From Gracilinanus agilis (lineage: Eukaryota), in contig NC_058134.1 in NCBI RefSeq assembly GCF_016433145.1, positions 210,464,350-210,528,349 of the forward strand: DNA of 64,000 bases, written 5' to 3'. The translations under genes were made by a program, and so were the position numbers. This document shows, one piece after another, positions 1 through 13,269 of the stretch (positions are counted from its first letter, which is position 1; each line of letters opens with the position of its first letter). The notes below the pieces were generated by a model that saw only the letters and a list, made by a program, of their open reading frames with translations, made no database searches and was not told the DNA's origin.

Positions 1-329
1 TTATTAAGACTAGTAACAATAGTTGATATACACTTTAGGATTTTCAAAGCATATTACTTTATAGAAGCTTCACCACATCTCACAATAATACTGTAGGATA
101 GATAATATGGATATTGTCCCCATTTTTATAGATGAGGAAAATAAGGATGAGAGATTAAATGATTTCTTCATATTTATTTAGCTATTGTCAGAGTTGAAAT
201 TTATACTTAAGCATTTCTAACTTCGAGCCCAACATTCTATACCCTACATAATTATGCTATTAGTTTGTAGCAAAGAAGAATAAAAGTAGAAGGGTCTTAT
301 AGAAGATTCCTGCAAACTCCTAAATGGAA

Positions 330-1240
330 CTTATTATCTTCATCCTCTGCCCTCCCCCAAAATCCATCCTTTTTCTGACCTTCCCTACTTCTTTCAAGGA
401 TGCCCACTATCATTCCAGTCTCCTGAATCCATAACCTCTATAGTAATGGAGAATCTTCATTTTCCCAAACACCACATTTCGAGCCAGTTGCCAAATATAT
501 TGTCATTTCTATTTCTACGACATCTCTCACGTCCGTATATATCATCACTATTCACATAATCATCACCTTAGTTCAGGCTCTCATCACCCCTCTTCTAGAC
601 GATTGCATTTGTCTTCAGATTGGTCTCCCTTTCCGCTCTAATCTTCTCAGCTGCCATCCTTAAACAGAGATCTTGCCATATCATTTCCTTTTTGGGAAAA
701 TTCTAATGTTCCCCTGTTACTTCTAGGATATAAATTTTGCTTGGTTTTTAAAGGTCTTCACAATCCAACACTAGCCCTGGTGCCTCATTATACACTATTT
801 CCCTTCTCATACTCTACAGTCCAGCCAAACACATCTTTCTGTTCTTCCTCACATGTGGCACTCCATCTCTCATCTCCTAGAATTTGCACTGGCCATTCCC
901 CCAGTCTTTAATGCATGCACTCTTCTCGACTTTGTCTTATAGAATCCTTCACTTCCTTTAGTATTCTGCTCAGCACCTTCTGCCTGAAGACTTCTCTCAG
1001 TTCTCCAACTCTTCATTCCCTTCCTTCCACTCTCTTTTATTTATTTGGAATATACATGTACTTATGCACATATTTATGTGAAAGCTTTTGTCTTTATGTA
1101 TGTCTGGACATACATATGCATGCATTGTGGGCACATTGTACCCTCCTGTAGAATGTAACCTCCTTGAGAATAGAGACTGGCTCACTTTTGTCATTGTATC
1201 CCCAGTACCTATCACTTAAATACTTGTGGATTGATTAATC
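330..1240 (+). mobile_element. Old L2 LINE 3' fragment
   Basis: Pyrimidine-rich L2-type text ending ...ctccttgagaatagagactggctcacttttgtcattgtatccccagtacc..., typical of an L2 3' end. Confidence 0.65.
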
Positions 1241-1633
1241 AATTAATGTAAATTAATCAGTGAAATTTTGAATGAATGAAAATAAACAAATTAGTTTTAC
1301 ATATCTAGAAAATAGTTTATAATGAATTAAATATTTCAGAAATTTATATAAATATTTCAAAATTTCATACAGATGTATAATTTAGTTAATAGAGATTTTT
1401 CTTGGTAGATATAGTTAACTACTGATTTTTCATTTATTCTATTGAAGTTCTCCAAAATCTCATAGAAGTGTGGAAATGATTATAATTCCTTAAAGATTAT
1501 GCCAGCAGAGTGCAAGCTGGTGATGGATAGTATGTAATGAAATAAAAGTAATTTTTTTGTAGGCAATTATAGGACACTACATTGAATGTCATGAAAATCA
1601 AATACCGTTTCTTTTTTCTTTGTTATGCTTCAG

Positions 1634-2534
1634 CCAAAAGAGAAATTTCTTCCCAGCCACCAGTTAAAATTCTGTCAAATAACCAAGGACATGATAATAG
1701 TGAAAACACTGCCCAACTTGGAAACACTGCTGTTGTTCAGTCAGATCTTCAAGGAAACTGCATTGGTCACTTTGACTCCCAGGCCCTAAATATGTTGGCT
1801 GATCTAGCTCTAAGCTCTGCTACCTCTACCACCTCATCATCTATTCACAGAGACCTGTCTTCCTCCTCTGACTTGGCCCAAAACAATAATATTTTGTTCT
1901 ATAAAGAAAATTCTTTGCAAGGTACTTATGATCATGAATATCACAGGCTGGCTAAGAACCAAAGATGTGCATTATATTCTCTTGAACTATCCAAGCCATC
2001 TTATGAACAAACTGATTCAAGGACAAATTTGCCCGATAGCCAGCGTGAAAAGAACTTGACTCACTATAGTCAGATATCTGTGACCCAGGAAGCACTTCCT
2101 AAAGATACGCTAGACTCTGTGGATGAAAACACTAGCACTAGCTCTTTTATTGCCATAGAACATTCTTACGCCTTACTCACCGCTGAACACTCAAAGAAAC
2201 ATCTACAGCAGCGCGGAACCCAAGGTCCAACCTTTGCAAAGAATGGGACAAAAGGCCCTGAGGCAGGGACTACTCCAGTGGGCAAAGTGATGCCATTTCG
2301 GCACCAGCATAACACTCCACCTGTTCAAAAGCTTTTGCAGGATCCTATTATAAAGCATAAGACTCGATTGTTGCCTTCCAATTTAAAAGAAGATTTTTGC
2401 CATTCTCACACAGTATTTAGCTGTGATGGCTCCTTCAAGGTTACTTGTAAGTGTGAAACAGAATATGTCTTCAGCTTAGATAGTAAATATACTAACAACC
2501 CACTGGAGAAAACTGTAATACGAGCTTTACATGG
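1634..2534 (+). CDS. TASOR2: TASOR2 internal coding exon (first in window, 901 nt)
   Basis: Acceptor ttcag|CC at 1633/1634 and donor GG|gtaagt at 2534/2535. The open frame ends HSHTVFSCDGSFKVTCKCETEYVFSLDSKYTNNPLEKTVIRALHG, recognised as TASOR2/FAM208B. Its phase joins the next exon. Confidence 0.9.
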
Positions 2535-3614
2535 GTAAGTATGAATGCAAATTGATTTTGGTATAATTTTTTTCCATTAGAGTAAATTTATGTAAAGAAG
2601 TTGTTTCTATTCCTTGGATGCCTATTGAGGGAAGAAGGGAACCATAGTTACAAGGCTGAGAATTTAGACATGGCTGCTTCTGCCACTGGGGCCCTCTGAC
2701 TCTGAAGAAATAATTTAACAGATGAATGGTATTAGGCATAATAAAGGCCTTAGCTATCTCCATTAGACTATAGAGACACCAAGGCTTTTCAGTTTAAATT
2801 GAAAAGATATAAATTATAAAGATCAAAACATAGTATTTTTAAAAAATCATTTTTTAAGACTAAACTTTTAAAGGAAAATGCACCTTCAATGTGGAACTTA
2901 AGAATAATTTTAGTCTTTTTTAAAAAAATAAAGCTAGATCTGTTAAAAGAAACATTTTATATACAAAGATAATCTGTACATCTTAACCTATTCAAGATGT
3001 AAATAATATATCACATTTTAAGAAATATCACATTAAGAAATTCTTCACATTTGATTTTTGGATTTCATGTTTATCTGGGTACTAGTTTTATTAATCTCTT
3101 GGTTTTCAGAAGTACAGCAAAGGGGTTGTTAGCCAATAGTTATTCTTTTCCTCCTGAAGGAAAAAAAAAATGTGATACATGTGAGTTCATAAAGCAATGA
3201 CTAGAATGGGGCAGAGTATTAGAGCTGGAAGCATATGTAAAGATTGTCTAACCTAACCCTGTCTTTTCACAAATGAGGAATTAAAAGCTCATCAAAGTTA
3301 AGCCACCTGCCCAGGATTTTAAGTAGAAGTAATGGAACTGGAATTTTAACTCCATTCCCGACTTGAAATCCTGCATGCCTCCTGTCCTGGGAGCAGCTTA
3401 AATCCCTTAATATTAGAGTTGTAGCTTAAATCCCTTAATATTAATAATTTGTTAAACAGACTTCTAGGTTTTCTCCTTTAATTGTTTCTTCATACTTTAT
3501 ATATTTTTAATGGATGTATCTGTAATAATAAAGAATTTCTGCTCAATATAATATTCACCCAAAGTTATTGTCAGTGGTTCACTATGACTTTTTTTTCCTC
3601 TTTGATCTGTTCAG

Positions 3615-4008
3615 ACCCTGGAATGCTGATGTGCCAGATAATGTTGAAGAAGTGAAACTTATTCTTCATATGTGGGTAGCTCTGTTTTACAGCAATCAAA
3701 ATAAAGTTATACCTTCAGCTCGGAAGGTGGTAGAACATAGCAATCCAGCAAAATATGTGTCCATAAATAGCACTTTGGATCCCTTGGATTTCAATGAAGT
3801 TGGTGAAGAATGTCTGGGTATGAAACGACATTCTTTAGATTCTCCATTGGAGGCTAGTTGGACTTCAAGTAGTTCTGCCCCTGGAATATTATTGTCCTGT
3901 ACCAACATCAAGCCATCTACGAGTGGCTTGGAAGAGAAAGCTTCTTTAGCAGGAGAAGACCATCAAGATGCTCCAGAATTCCAGAGTACTATCTGTTCTA
4001 ACAATGAG
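3615..4008 (+). CDS. TASOR2: TASOR2 coding exon (394 nt)
   Basis: Acceptor ttcag|A and donor GAG|gtagga. Encodes PWNADVPDNVEEVKLILHMWVALFYS..., phase 2 in and phase 0 out. Confidence 0.92.
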
Positions 4009-4699
4009 GTAGGACTATATAAAACAATGTTGATGTTCTTTTGAGGGTAGTTTCCATTATTTTGTCAACAAATGATATTTAGTAGATGGTGTTAGATTAG
4101 TTTGTGAGCTAATTCTCCCACTAAATGACAAAGTGTAAGAGGAAAAGTATACAGTTTCAGTAGAGCTTTGGATATGAAGAACAGGTTATTTTTATTATTA
4201 AAACTTTATAGTTTATCTCTTTTTTTAAAAAGTGAGAATGGTATAGGTTTATCATAAGACATGTAAGATGAGAGAGTGAGAGTAAAGTAATAAGTCAAAA
4301 ACTGGAAGGAGAAGAGGTTAAATTGCCATAGGTATTTGTCCAAAAGTTGATCAAGCCATGTTGAACTATGAAACTGGGGTGCCTCTTCAGGTAATAATAA
4401 AGTTTTAATGATGCCTTTGAGCTTCCTACTTATAGTAAAATTTACTGTAAGTTTTGAGAATGCTGAGATCTCAGATTTTAATGTAAAATGATAAAAATGA
4501 TCATAATGATGGTGAATTCTGTGCTTTGGGTATGTTGAGTTTCAGATACCTGCAGAACACTCAGATTGAAATATCCAGTGCACAGATGTTAATTCAGGAC
4601 TAAATCTCAGGGAAATGAGTAGGGTTGATTACATAGCTCTGTGATCATCTGCATGGAGATGATAATTAAACTCAAGAGAGCTGATGAGATCAGAAAAGG

Positions 4700-5220
4700 A
4701 GAGAGAGAAGAGGACTCTCCATCAGTTGGAGAGTGGCTGAACAAGTTGTAGGAATTACTGTTTGTGTAGGAATTACTGTTTTGCTCCAAGAAATGATGAG
4801 GGGGATGAGTTGGGGAAAAACCTGGAGATTCATAAATGAGTGAACAAAATGGAGTGAACAGGCCCAGGAGAAGACTGAATGAAGTAATAGCAGTATTGTA
4901 ATAAGGATCAGTTGTGAAAGACTTGGCTTCCCTCATCAGTACAATGATCCACAACACTTTAAAGGACTCGTGATGAGAAATTCTGTTGACCTCCAGAGGG
5001 AGAACTGATGAACTCCAAGTGTAGATTGAAGCATATTTTTTTCACTTTATTTTTCTTGCAGGTGGGGTGGGGGAGTAGTGGATGTCAACATGGCCAATGG
5101 AGATGTGTTTTGCATAACTTTGCTTATATAATGATATATTTCTTGCCTTTGGGGTAGGGAAGGGGCTAGAGAGAGGGATAGGATTTGAAACTCAGAATTT
5201 TTAAAATGAATTTAAAAAAA
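4700..5220 (+). mobile_element. Decayed L1 3' end
   Basis: ggagagtggctgaacaagttg (GEWLNKL motif of the ORF2 C-terminus) followed by L1-like 3' UTR. Confidence 0.55.
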
Positions 5221-5544
5221 AGACAAGGCTCTAAACATAGTTTTGAGATTGTGATAGGTGTGATGACAAGGAAGAAGATGATGATAAGAGGGAGCTCAGG
5301 GCAAAAGAACTCCATTTTCTCACTAAAGCAAGAGATGGGTCATCAACTAAGAAAGTAAGGGAAGAGAATAGCTTCTGGGGGAAAAAATAGGAAATTAATT
5401 AGGGAATAAATAATGGGGACCCAATTAGAATTGGGTACCATGAATTTATAATGTGCCCAGGCAGCAGAGTCAGATAACTTCCTCCATCTCTCTCTGTTCA
5501 GAGAACAGGAATTAGAAGCAGAGCAGGTGGATGGTGACAAACCT

Positions 5545-5720
5545 TTTTTTTTTAAACCCTACTTTCTTTGTTAGTATGGATTCTAAGAAGAGTGTCAAGG
5601 CCTAGGCAGTTAACTGACTTCCAGGTCCACATAGCTAGGAAGTTTCTAAGTCTAGATTTGAGTTCAAATCCTCCCAATTCTAGACCTACTACTTTATCCA
5701 CTGTGCCACCAGCTGTCCCT
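5545..5720 (-). mobile_element. Older CORE-SINE copy (SINE1/MAR-like)
   Basis: Poly-T head, gatttgagttcaaatcc B-box-like core, and ccagctgtccc end. Confidence 0.65.
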
Positions 5721-6039
5721 GACAAAAATTTTTAAATATAAATTTTATAGATATTTTTGTCTTTACATGGAAGTCATTTCTAGACCCCTTTCCTTCTTCC
5801 TACCACCACCTGGATTTCTGAACCCCATCATGACAAAGAAAACAGATGATGATTATCCATTTTCCAGCAAATATTTATTAAGCACTTGCTTTATGGTGTT
5901 ACATCAGGTGCTAGGAAAAAGACAAAAATGAAACTGCCTCTTCCTTTAAGTAGCTTACATTTTGCTGGTTTAATAGAAACACAAGTTAAAACTTCTTATA
6001 TTTGATATACTAAATTCTAAATTATTTTTATCATTTCAG

Positions 6040-9000
6040 ATAATTAGAAAAAGAACGGAACAAGAATTGCCAAGTAATGTAGAGACACCTAACATTGTGC
6101 TTTCCAGTAATGCAAGTACCCAGACTAGAGAACCTTCTGTTGCTGATGAAAATGAAAATTCACAGAAACTTGTTAACTCAAGGACAGTATCTCAAAATGG
6201 GATCAACGATCAGACAACTATCTGTGGAACTTCAGTGAACAGAGCTTTAGAAAACAGAGACGATTCTGTCTATGAAGCACTAGGCACAAAATCAAGTAAT
6301 TTACAGAACATTGCAGAGCAAAATAGCCCCAGAAACAAGGTGACAGAGAGCCAGGAGTCATTAGAAAACAAAGATGGTGATTTGGAATATGTAATGATCA
6401 ATTTGGAACCAATCACTTTCACTTTTGAGAAAAATGCCTGTCTACCTATAGAAACAGGATTTGCAAATGGATCTGATAAAGTGCCAGACACTGATAGAGA
6501 ATTAATGAAAAAAGTTTCACCTGTTGAAAGTCTTAGACAACAAATCCCTTTCCATGAAATGGCCCAAGCACAAAGTGCTTCATCTGCAAATCAGGATTTC
6601 CAAGACATTTCATCCTTGGCAGCATCTGTGTCAACAGGAACTAAATACCTCTGTACATCTTCTGGCACTAGAGAGACTCTTGCTAAAGACACTGGCTCAC
6701 TTCAGAAAGAAGTTCCCATTCCACTGTCAACATCATCATCATCTAATACAGTGTTAATTGAGGCAGTCACATCAGTTGTAAATTCTGGTGAACAGGCAAC
6801 CTCTAACGAAATAAAATTGCCTCAGGATACATTTCTACAGACTCCTGGACTCTATAGCATATCTTCTGAAGAGGTTATAGAATCATCCCAGGTTGAAGAA
6901 ATCGTTTTAGCGCCTACTTTTGCTCCCTTGGAAAACAAGCAAACTGGTTCAGGTGGTTATATTCCATCAGGATCTACTAAATTAAATTATCCTTTAGAAA
7001 AGGAAACAAAAGAGAGTGACCTGAACAATGAAAGAATGAATTTTGAATCAGTTAACTTGGCATTTACCAAAGAAACACGTATATCTTTGGGCAGAGAGGC
7101 TGTCAGCATAGAATTATCAGATGATTCAGATATTGAACTAGCACTAACAATATCACCACCTACGAGTCCTCGAGACCAAACACAATCTGATGAAATTATG
7201 CAGATTCAGGCTGTTCCATTAGAGAACGTAGAACTTCAAGTTGTAGCTGAAGAAATAATTGATCCAGTAAACACAACTTTCCCCAAAAACAAAGAAACTA
7301 ATTCTTCTGACTATTCCTCACTTTGTACTTCAGTATCACACAAACCATTAGAAAACAAAGAGTGTAAAAGAGATGCTGTAGAGCCAGTTACTTTAGTACT
7401 TGCTAAGGAATCATGTACACTTGAGATTGGACAGGAAGTTAATATTATCTCTAATTCTCCTTTTGATGGTGCCTTAATTGAGCCAGTGTCACCAGCTTCA
7501 ATTCCTGATGACCAGATGTCATCTAAAGAAACAACACTATCTCAGGATATGCCCCTTCAAATGTTAGAACTCCACAGTACAATGTCTAAGGAAGTTAGTA
7601 AAGCCACCCAGATTCAGCCAGTAGATTTAGGAGAAGAAAATGTTTCTATTAGTCATATTTTACCAGAAGGAAAGCAGACTATAACACAGGGGAAATTAAC
7701 AAAACTTTCTCCTGAAATGTCTTTTCCCCTAATTGATTATACAGAACAAAAAGAAAGTCATTTAGTTCTTCACAGGAGAGCAGCTGAAGACAATGTTGCC
7801 CAAAATAAATATGATTCTAGATTTTTCTCAGGTAAATTTCAGTGTTGTGATGCAGCATTAAACCAGATTGCCTCAGTTACTAAATATGAGGACTATAAGA
7901 CTTCTTTTCAGGAATTGGAAAGATTGGAGAATCCTTTACAACAAACTAGTGAGGAAAACAAAAGTTTGGACCTAACAAATACTGTTTTGGACCCCCAAAA
8001 GGCTCCACTTTGTCTTAGAAAGTTGATAGAAAATAGGTCTTTAGCTGAGAAAATCCATTCTTCAGCTGAATTGGGTATGACAAGCAATTCCTTAGACCAC
8101 AAGACTAGTCCTTTGAAGAGTAGAAAGGATTTACGTGACTGTAAATTAAAGCAAAATGAATCTGATTATTTACATAATAAATCACTGAATTCAACTCCAG
8201 TTGATCAATCTGATTTTATACAAATGTGTATGACCTCAAAGAACCCAGATATTTGTATTTCCATGGATACTGCTTCACTTAAAAGTGGTTCAGAGCAACC
8301 AAATGAAGAGAGTTCTCAAGAGCATGGAATTTCACTGGTCAAAATTCTCAATAATGATAAAGTTACTGCCAGTTTGCATGAAGAATCCATCAGTCTAAAA
8401 GGAATTAGCCCTGGGTCAAGCCTTATTCCATTGTCAAAAGCAGAGGGGAAAACACAGGTTCACCAAGAAGTTTCTGTGTGTGAAACAAAAAATCAATCAA
8501 GTGGCATTTTTGCCACCAAAGAATCTAACTTGGCATGCAGTGGTGCATACCAAGAAAAGGCAAACATAACCAGAAATTCAGGAGAAGAATATTCTGCTTT
8601 AACTACTCAGAAACCACCTTGGGAAGCCTCTAAAGAGCTTGTGGAACATGAGAATGTTGTAGAAAAAATTGGAAATGACAAAGATATAAAATCCCCTGAT
8701 AGAAATATGAGTATGGATTTGAACACTGAAATTTATTATGAATCACTTTCTGGAGAATCTGACCAAGAATGTTTTGGGGATATTAAACTTCCTCAATACC
8801 AGTCAGAAGATTCTTGTCCTTTGAAAACCATTCATCCAAACAAAGTGGAAGAAGCTACTATAACTAATTATGATACTCTGGTGCATAATAGAACTATCAC
8901 AGCAAGCAATGACATTGATAGCTGGAATTATTCTCATAAAGGTCCAGTGTCAGATGAAAGTACCCAGGAAAGAAACTGGTCAACTGGATTAAAGAGAGGG

Positions 9001-9900
9001 GATAAGTATGTACCATTTTACATTAAAATCCGAGATCTTCATGGCACTCCCAGGAGCTATACTAATTTTACTGTAACTAAGAAGCTTAAAGATACCACTA
9101 GGACTTTGCATAACCTGAAGCAGCACCCTTGTGCCACAGCTCGGTGTGGTTTAATCAGCTCCTGGACAAGTACCTGGCAGGTGGCAGATGATCCTACCCA
9201 GAATACTTTGGACCTAGAATATCTGCGATTTGTGCATAAGCTAAAACAAATGGTAAAGAAGGGGAAATCTCAGCTTTCAACTACTTCTCCCAATCCTTTG
9301 ACAAAGGAATCACATATTCAGACAGCTGTTGGGGTCTTTCCCTTGACAAAAGTAACCGAGACTCCAGTTACACATCCAACCTCCAGGAGCAGAAGCCCTC
9401 TGTTGGTAACAATTGTTCACTCAGAGCCAAGACAACATACCTCAAGCTGGCACATGAAAAGTCATAAGCGTGGTGATTTTGACAGTCTTTCCCCTTCTGG
9501 GCAAGACAAGTGTGGTAGCCAAAGTCGAAATATTCCAAATGCTGAGAGAGATCCATCCTCTTCATTCCATCTCAATAAGTTAAAATATGATAGTAAACTG
9601 AAAGAATCTCGGAATGACATTTCACTCATTTTGAGTGAATATGCTGAATTCAATAAAGTGATGCTTAACAATAGCCAACGGAACTACCAAGCTAATGATC
9701 TGAGCCTTACCTCTGGAAAGGCCACGTCACCAAAGGTGTCATCTTTCCCAAGGAGAATGGCTTCCTATGAAAACATGATTACGGATTTGTGTTCTAATTT
9801 ACACATCAAACTAAAAAGCGTTATAAAAGAGGCTTGTAAAAGCACCTTCCTTTTCTACCTGGTTGAAACAGAAGATAGTTCATTCTTTATCAGAACAAGG
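6040..9900 (+). CDS. TASOR2: TASOR2 giant coding exon (3861 nt, 1287 codons)
   Basis: Acceptor tttcag|ATA and donor AGG|gtaaga, with an uninterrupted ORF. Ends in a conserved-looking block (WQVADDPTQNTLDLEYLRFVHKLK ... FLFYLVETED). Phase 0/0. Confidence 0.92.
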
Positions 9901-11747
9901 GTAAGATGTCCATTTTAATTTTTTTATTACTTTGATTATTTTAATTTAATTTTCAACATTCTTGGTTTGAATCATACTGTAAGGTAGTATATAAACTTCC
10001 CATGGTTCAAATTATATATCTCCATTTTAGTGCTTCTGTTATTTATACTGCTGCTAGAAGATTCTTCATATACCCAAACCAGGGATGAAAATAAATAGAA
10101 TTAGGCATCATCAGTTTAACTAACATATCTAAATATAACTTTAAAAGTTCCAGAGGCAAATAGAGATGGCTTTTGGATTATTTAATTTACATGGATGTGT
10201 TGCTCTGTTGTCAATAACTCAGTATGCATTTATTAAGCATGTGTGCTATTCACTGCACTAAAAAGAGGCAGAAGGCATTCCTTTGCCCTCAAGAAGCTCA
10301 CAACTAAATGTTAGTCAAGTTAATTGAACCTTGCTTATATTTGGCATTTTGAATATCATTATTTCTTACATTCTGGAAATAGTTTTCTTTCATCTGTAAC
10401 AAATCTCTTTATTCTTTGAGTATTTGTAGCCAAATAATGTATCCATCTTGTGAAGATTTTACTTTAGGAGGAACCAGAAAATTAGCCAGATTGCCCATCT
10501 AATTGCTAATCCTAGCCTTGTCAAGAATTTCTTTATGCTGTTTTATAAGGAATACACAATATACCTCTCTGATTGGAAAATGTTAGTCTAAAGCAGAGCA
10601 GATTTGTCTATATAGGATTTGGAAAAGGAGTAAAAAAAGTTGGTAAGTATTTTAAGAGATTCATTTTTGGGTGTTGTACTAGATGCCATCCAAATAATAT
10701 TTAATTTATTAACATATAAAATCGATTATGCCACATTTGACATAGCTAAGTACTGGTCTGGTTGATATAGAAAGAATAATTTAGCTGTCACATCTTGTTT
10801 ATACTTCTTTTTTAAAAGATCAGTTCTGATTTTAACTAAAATGCTCTGCCTTTGTTAAATTCATTAATGGCCATCAGTAAATTCTATGTTTGAATATTTG
10901 GTTTATCATAGATCCAGATTTAACCATCACTTTGAAACTTTGCAGAGTCCATAATTCATTTGTCTGGATCATCTTTTCAGTAATACAGGTTGCCACACCC
11001 TCAGTGATTTTCTCATTGTATGTGACTTGTAAATGTTTTGTTATAAATGCTCCCTAGAGGATCTACACAGCGAAAGACTACTTCTTTTTTTTGTGCCACT
11101 TGAATTATCACCTGGATTGGACAAGAATAGAAACTTATATGCAAACAAAAGACTGTCAGTCAAATAGAAACATTAACAAAACTTTGATTCGTTTGTTAAC
11201 TGTTTTCATGTAGATATTTGTTTCCCATCTTTAGTTGTTATATCTGCTTGTGGTTAGAATTTTATTTTCATTTTTTTAAGACAAAAATACTACAGGTTTG
11301 ATTTAGCTTCTCTGGACCTTATTTAATAAAGACTAATAAATCAGTCCTTCATGTCTACCTTAGCTTATCTTCATGACCTTACTTTGGTATTTTACATAAA
11401 TTCTGTAGGTCTTTCAGGAAAAAAAAAGGTGTTGTGTATAAGGATATTAGAAAATTTGTCCTTTGTGTGCTTGCCTTATTATTATTTTTACATGTGCCCA
11501 GATTTCACAGAGGTTAGCACAAGAATAATGTAGACTGGGTATGACATGATAAAAAAAGAAACACAACTTCTCTTTTTTTAAATCTCAGTAATTTTGAGGA
11601 TACCCACGAGTGCCAGATATCTCAAATTAGGGATATTATGGTTTTTAAAAAAAAATTATGTATTCATGTCATCTATTTGTTATAAGCCTTTTACCTCAAA
11701 CCTCAATTTTCCCATTTATAAAACCTGAGAGTATGCTATTAACCTTT

Positions 11748-11933
11748 TTTTTTTTTTAACCCTTGTACTTCGGTGTATTGTCTCATAGGTGGAAGATTGG
11801 TAAGGGTGGGCAATGGGGGTCAAGTGACTTGCCCAGGGTCACACAGCTGGGAAGTGGCTGAGGCCGGGTTTGAACCTAGGACCTCCTGCCTCTAGGCCTG
11901 ATTCTCACTCCACTGAGCTACCCAGCTGCCCCC
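11748..11933 (-). mobile_element. Young SINE1_Mdo-like SINE with 14-bp TSD
   Basis: TSD tgctattaaccttt at 11734-11747 and 11934-11947; A/B boxes intact; nearly identical to the copy at 51897. Confidence 0.9.
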
Positions 11934-12504
11934 TGCTATTAACCTTTGATTAATTATTTGATCAGACTAAATTTGCCCACCAGAAAAACATTGGAGATAT
12001 TTATTATGCTTAAGTAATGGTTTCATGATTAGACAGCATGTAGAAGAGATCTTTTTTAGTTGAATAAATTTGAATTATACATGAAAAGAAGAAATAATAA
12101 TCCTTTTATAGAAATTATGGAATTAAGTAACTATAAATTTAGGTTATCTTTATTGCTGTTTTGAGTGGCCAGTCAGTCAACAAGCTATTTTTGTCCTCAG
12201 AAATGTATTTTTCTGTTTAAGATCTAATATACTATTATGTGACAATCAGATTTTTTTTACAAGGATCCTTCTCTCCTTGCATAGGTAGAATTTCATCTCT
12301 ATTTTTTTCCCCAGATTTTTCAGTCTTTCTGACATTTGATAAATAATATATATTTATAGAATTTCTATACCATGTCATTGCCCTCATGTTTTCTAAAAAT
12401 ATTATGGGATGATTTTCTTCTATTAGGTAAATTACAGTTAAATCATAGGTCATTGCAACACTAAGAATGTCAGAATTAATTCTGTTGAGTTTTTTTGGTT
12501 TCTT

Positions 12505-12695
12505 TTTTAAAACCTTAGCTTCTGCCTTAGTAGTATCAATTCTAAAACAGAAAAATGAAAAGGGATAGATAGGCAATTAAGGTTGTTACAATTAAGTAAC
12601 TTGTCCAACATCACATGGCTAGAGGCCACAAGTGTCTGAGGCCAGATTTGAACCTAGGTCTCCCGACTCCGGGCCTGGTGCTCTATCCAATGTGA
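12505..12695 (-). mobile_element. CORE-SINE copy
   Basis: gtgtctgaggccagatttgaacctaggtctcccgactccgggcctggtgctctatcc. Confidence 0.7.
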
Positions 12696-12985
12696 TTAAT
12701 TTTATTTTAAAGTTAATGCTATCATTTTGTGATCACTAGAAACAGCTGAATTATTATCACCTGAGATTATGTTTTGACCCTTATCCTAAAAAGTAGAGGA
12801 CTCTTATTTCATTCATCATTATTATTAATATTGCAATTATTAATTACCTTATAGTAAGAAGACTAAAAGCTATTTGTTTTTCTTTGCTAGAATGTAATTT
12901 GAAAAATTCTATAAACTCTTGTATTTGTATTATTTTTAATAAAATATGGTATTTTTGCTGACATGGTTATTTTCCTGTATTTCAG

Positions 12986-13111
12986 AATTTACTGAGGAAA
13001 GAAGGCCACAAAGAAATTGAACCCCAGCATTTCTGTCAGGCATTGCACAGGGATACTGATACACTAGTAGTCATCATTAAAAATGAGGATATATCAACAC
13101 ACGTGCATCAA
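12986..13111 (+). CDS. TASOR2: TASOR2 coding exon (126 nt)
   Basis: ttcag|AAT ... CAA|gtaggt. Encodes NLLRKEGHKEIEPQHFCQALHRDTDTLVVIIKNEDISTHVHQ. Not present in the ORF track. Confidence 0.9.
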
Positions 13112-13269
13112 GTAGGTTCAAAAACATTTCTTGCAGAATACTAATTTAAAATAATTTTGTTTCAATTCACAATATGCAGGATATTGGCTGCCTTTTAGTA
13201 TTTAGTATAGTATTTCACTTCATTTTCTCATTATCTTTTTATAAATTTAATTTTAAAAATAAACCCAGT

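Noticed and set aside
1582-1633. ORF-track starts at 1582, 3568 and 6067 as real initiation codons
   Set aside because: They are TTG or intronic in-frame extensions. The true boundaries are splice acceptors at 1634, 3615 and 6040.
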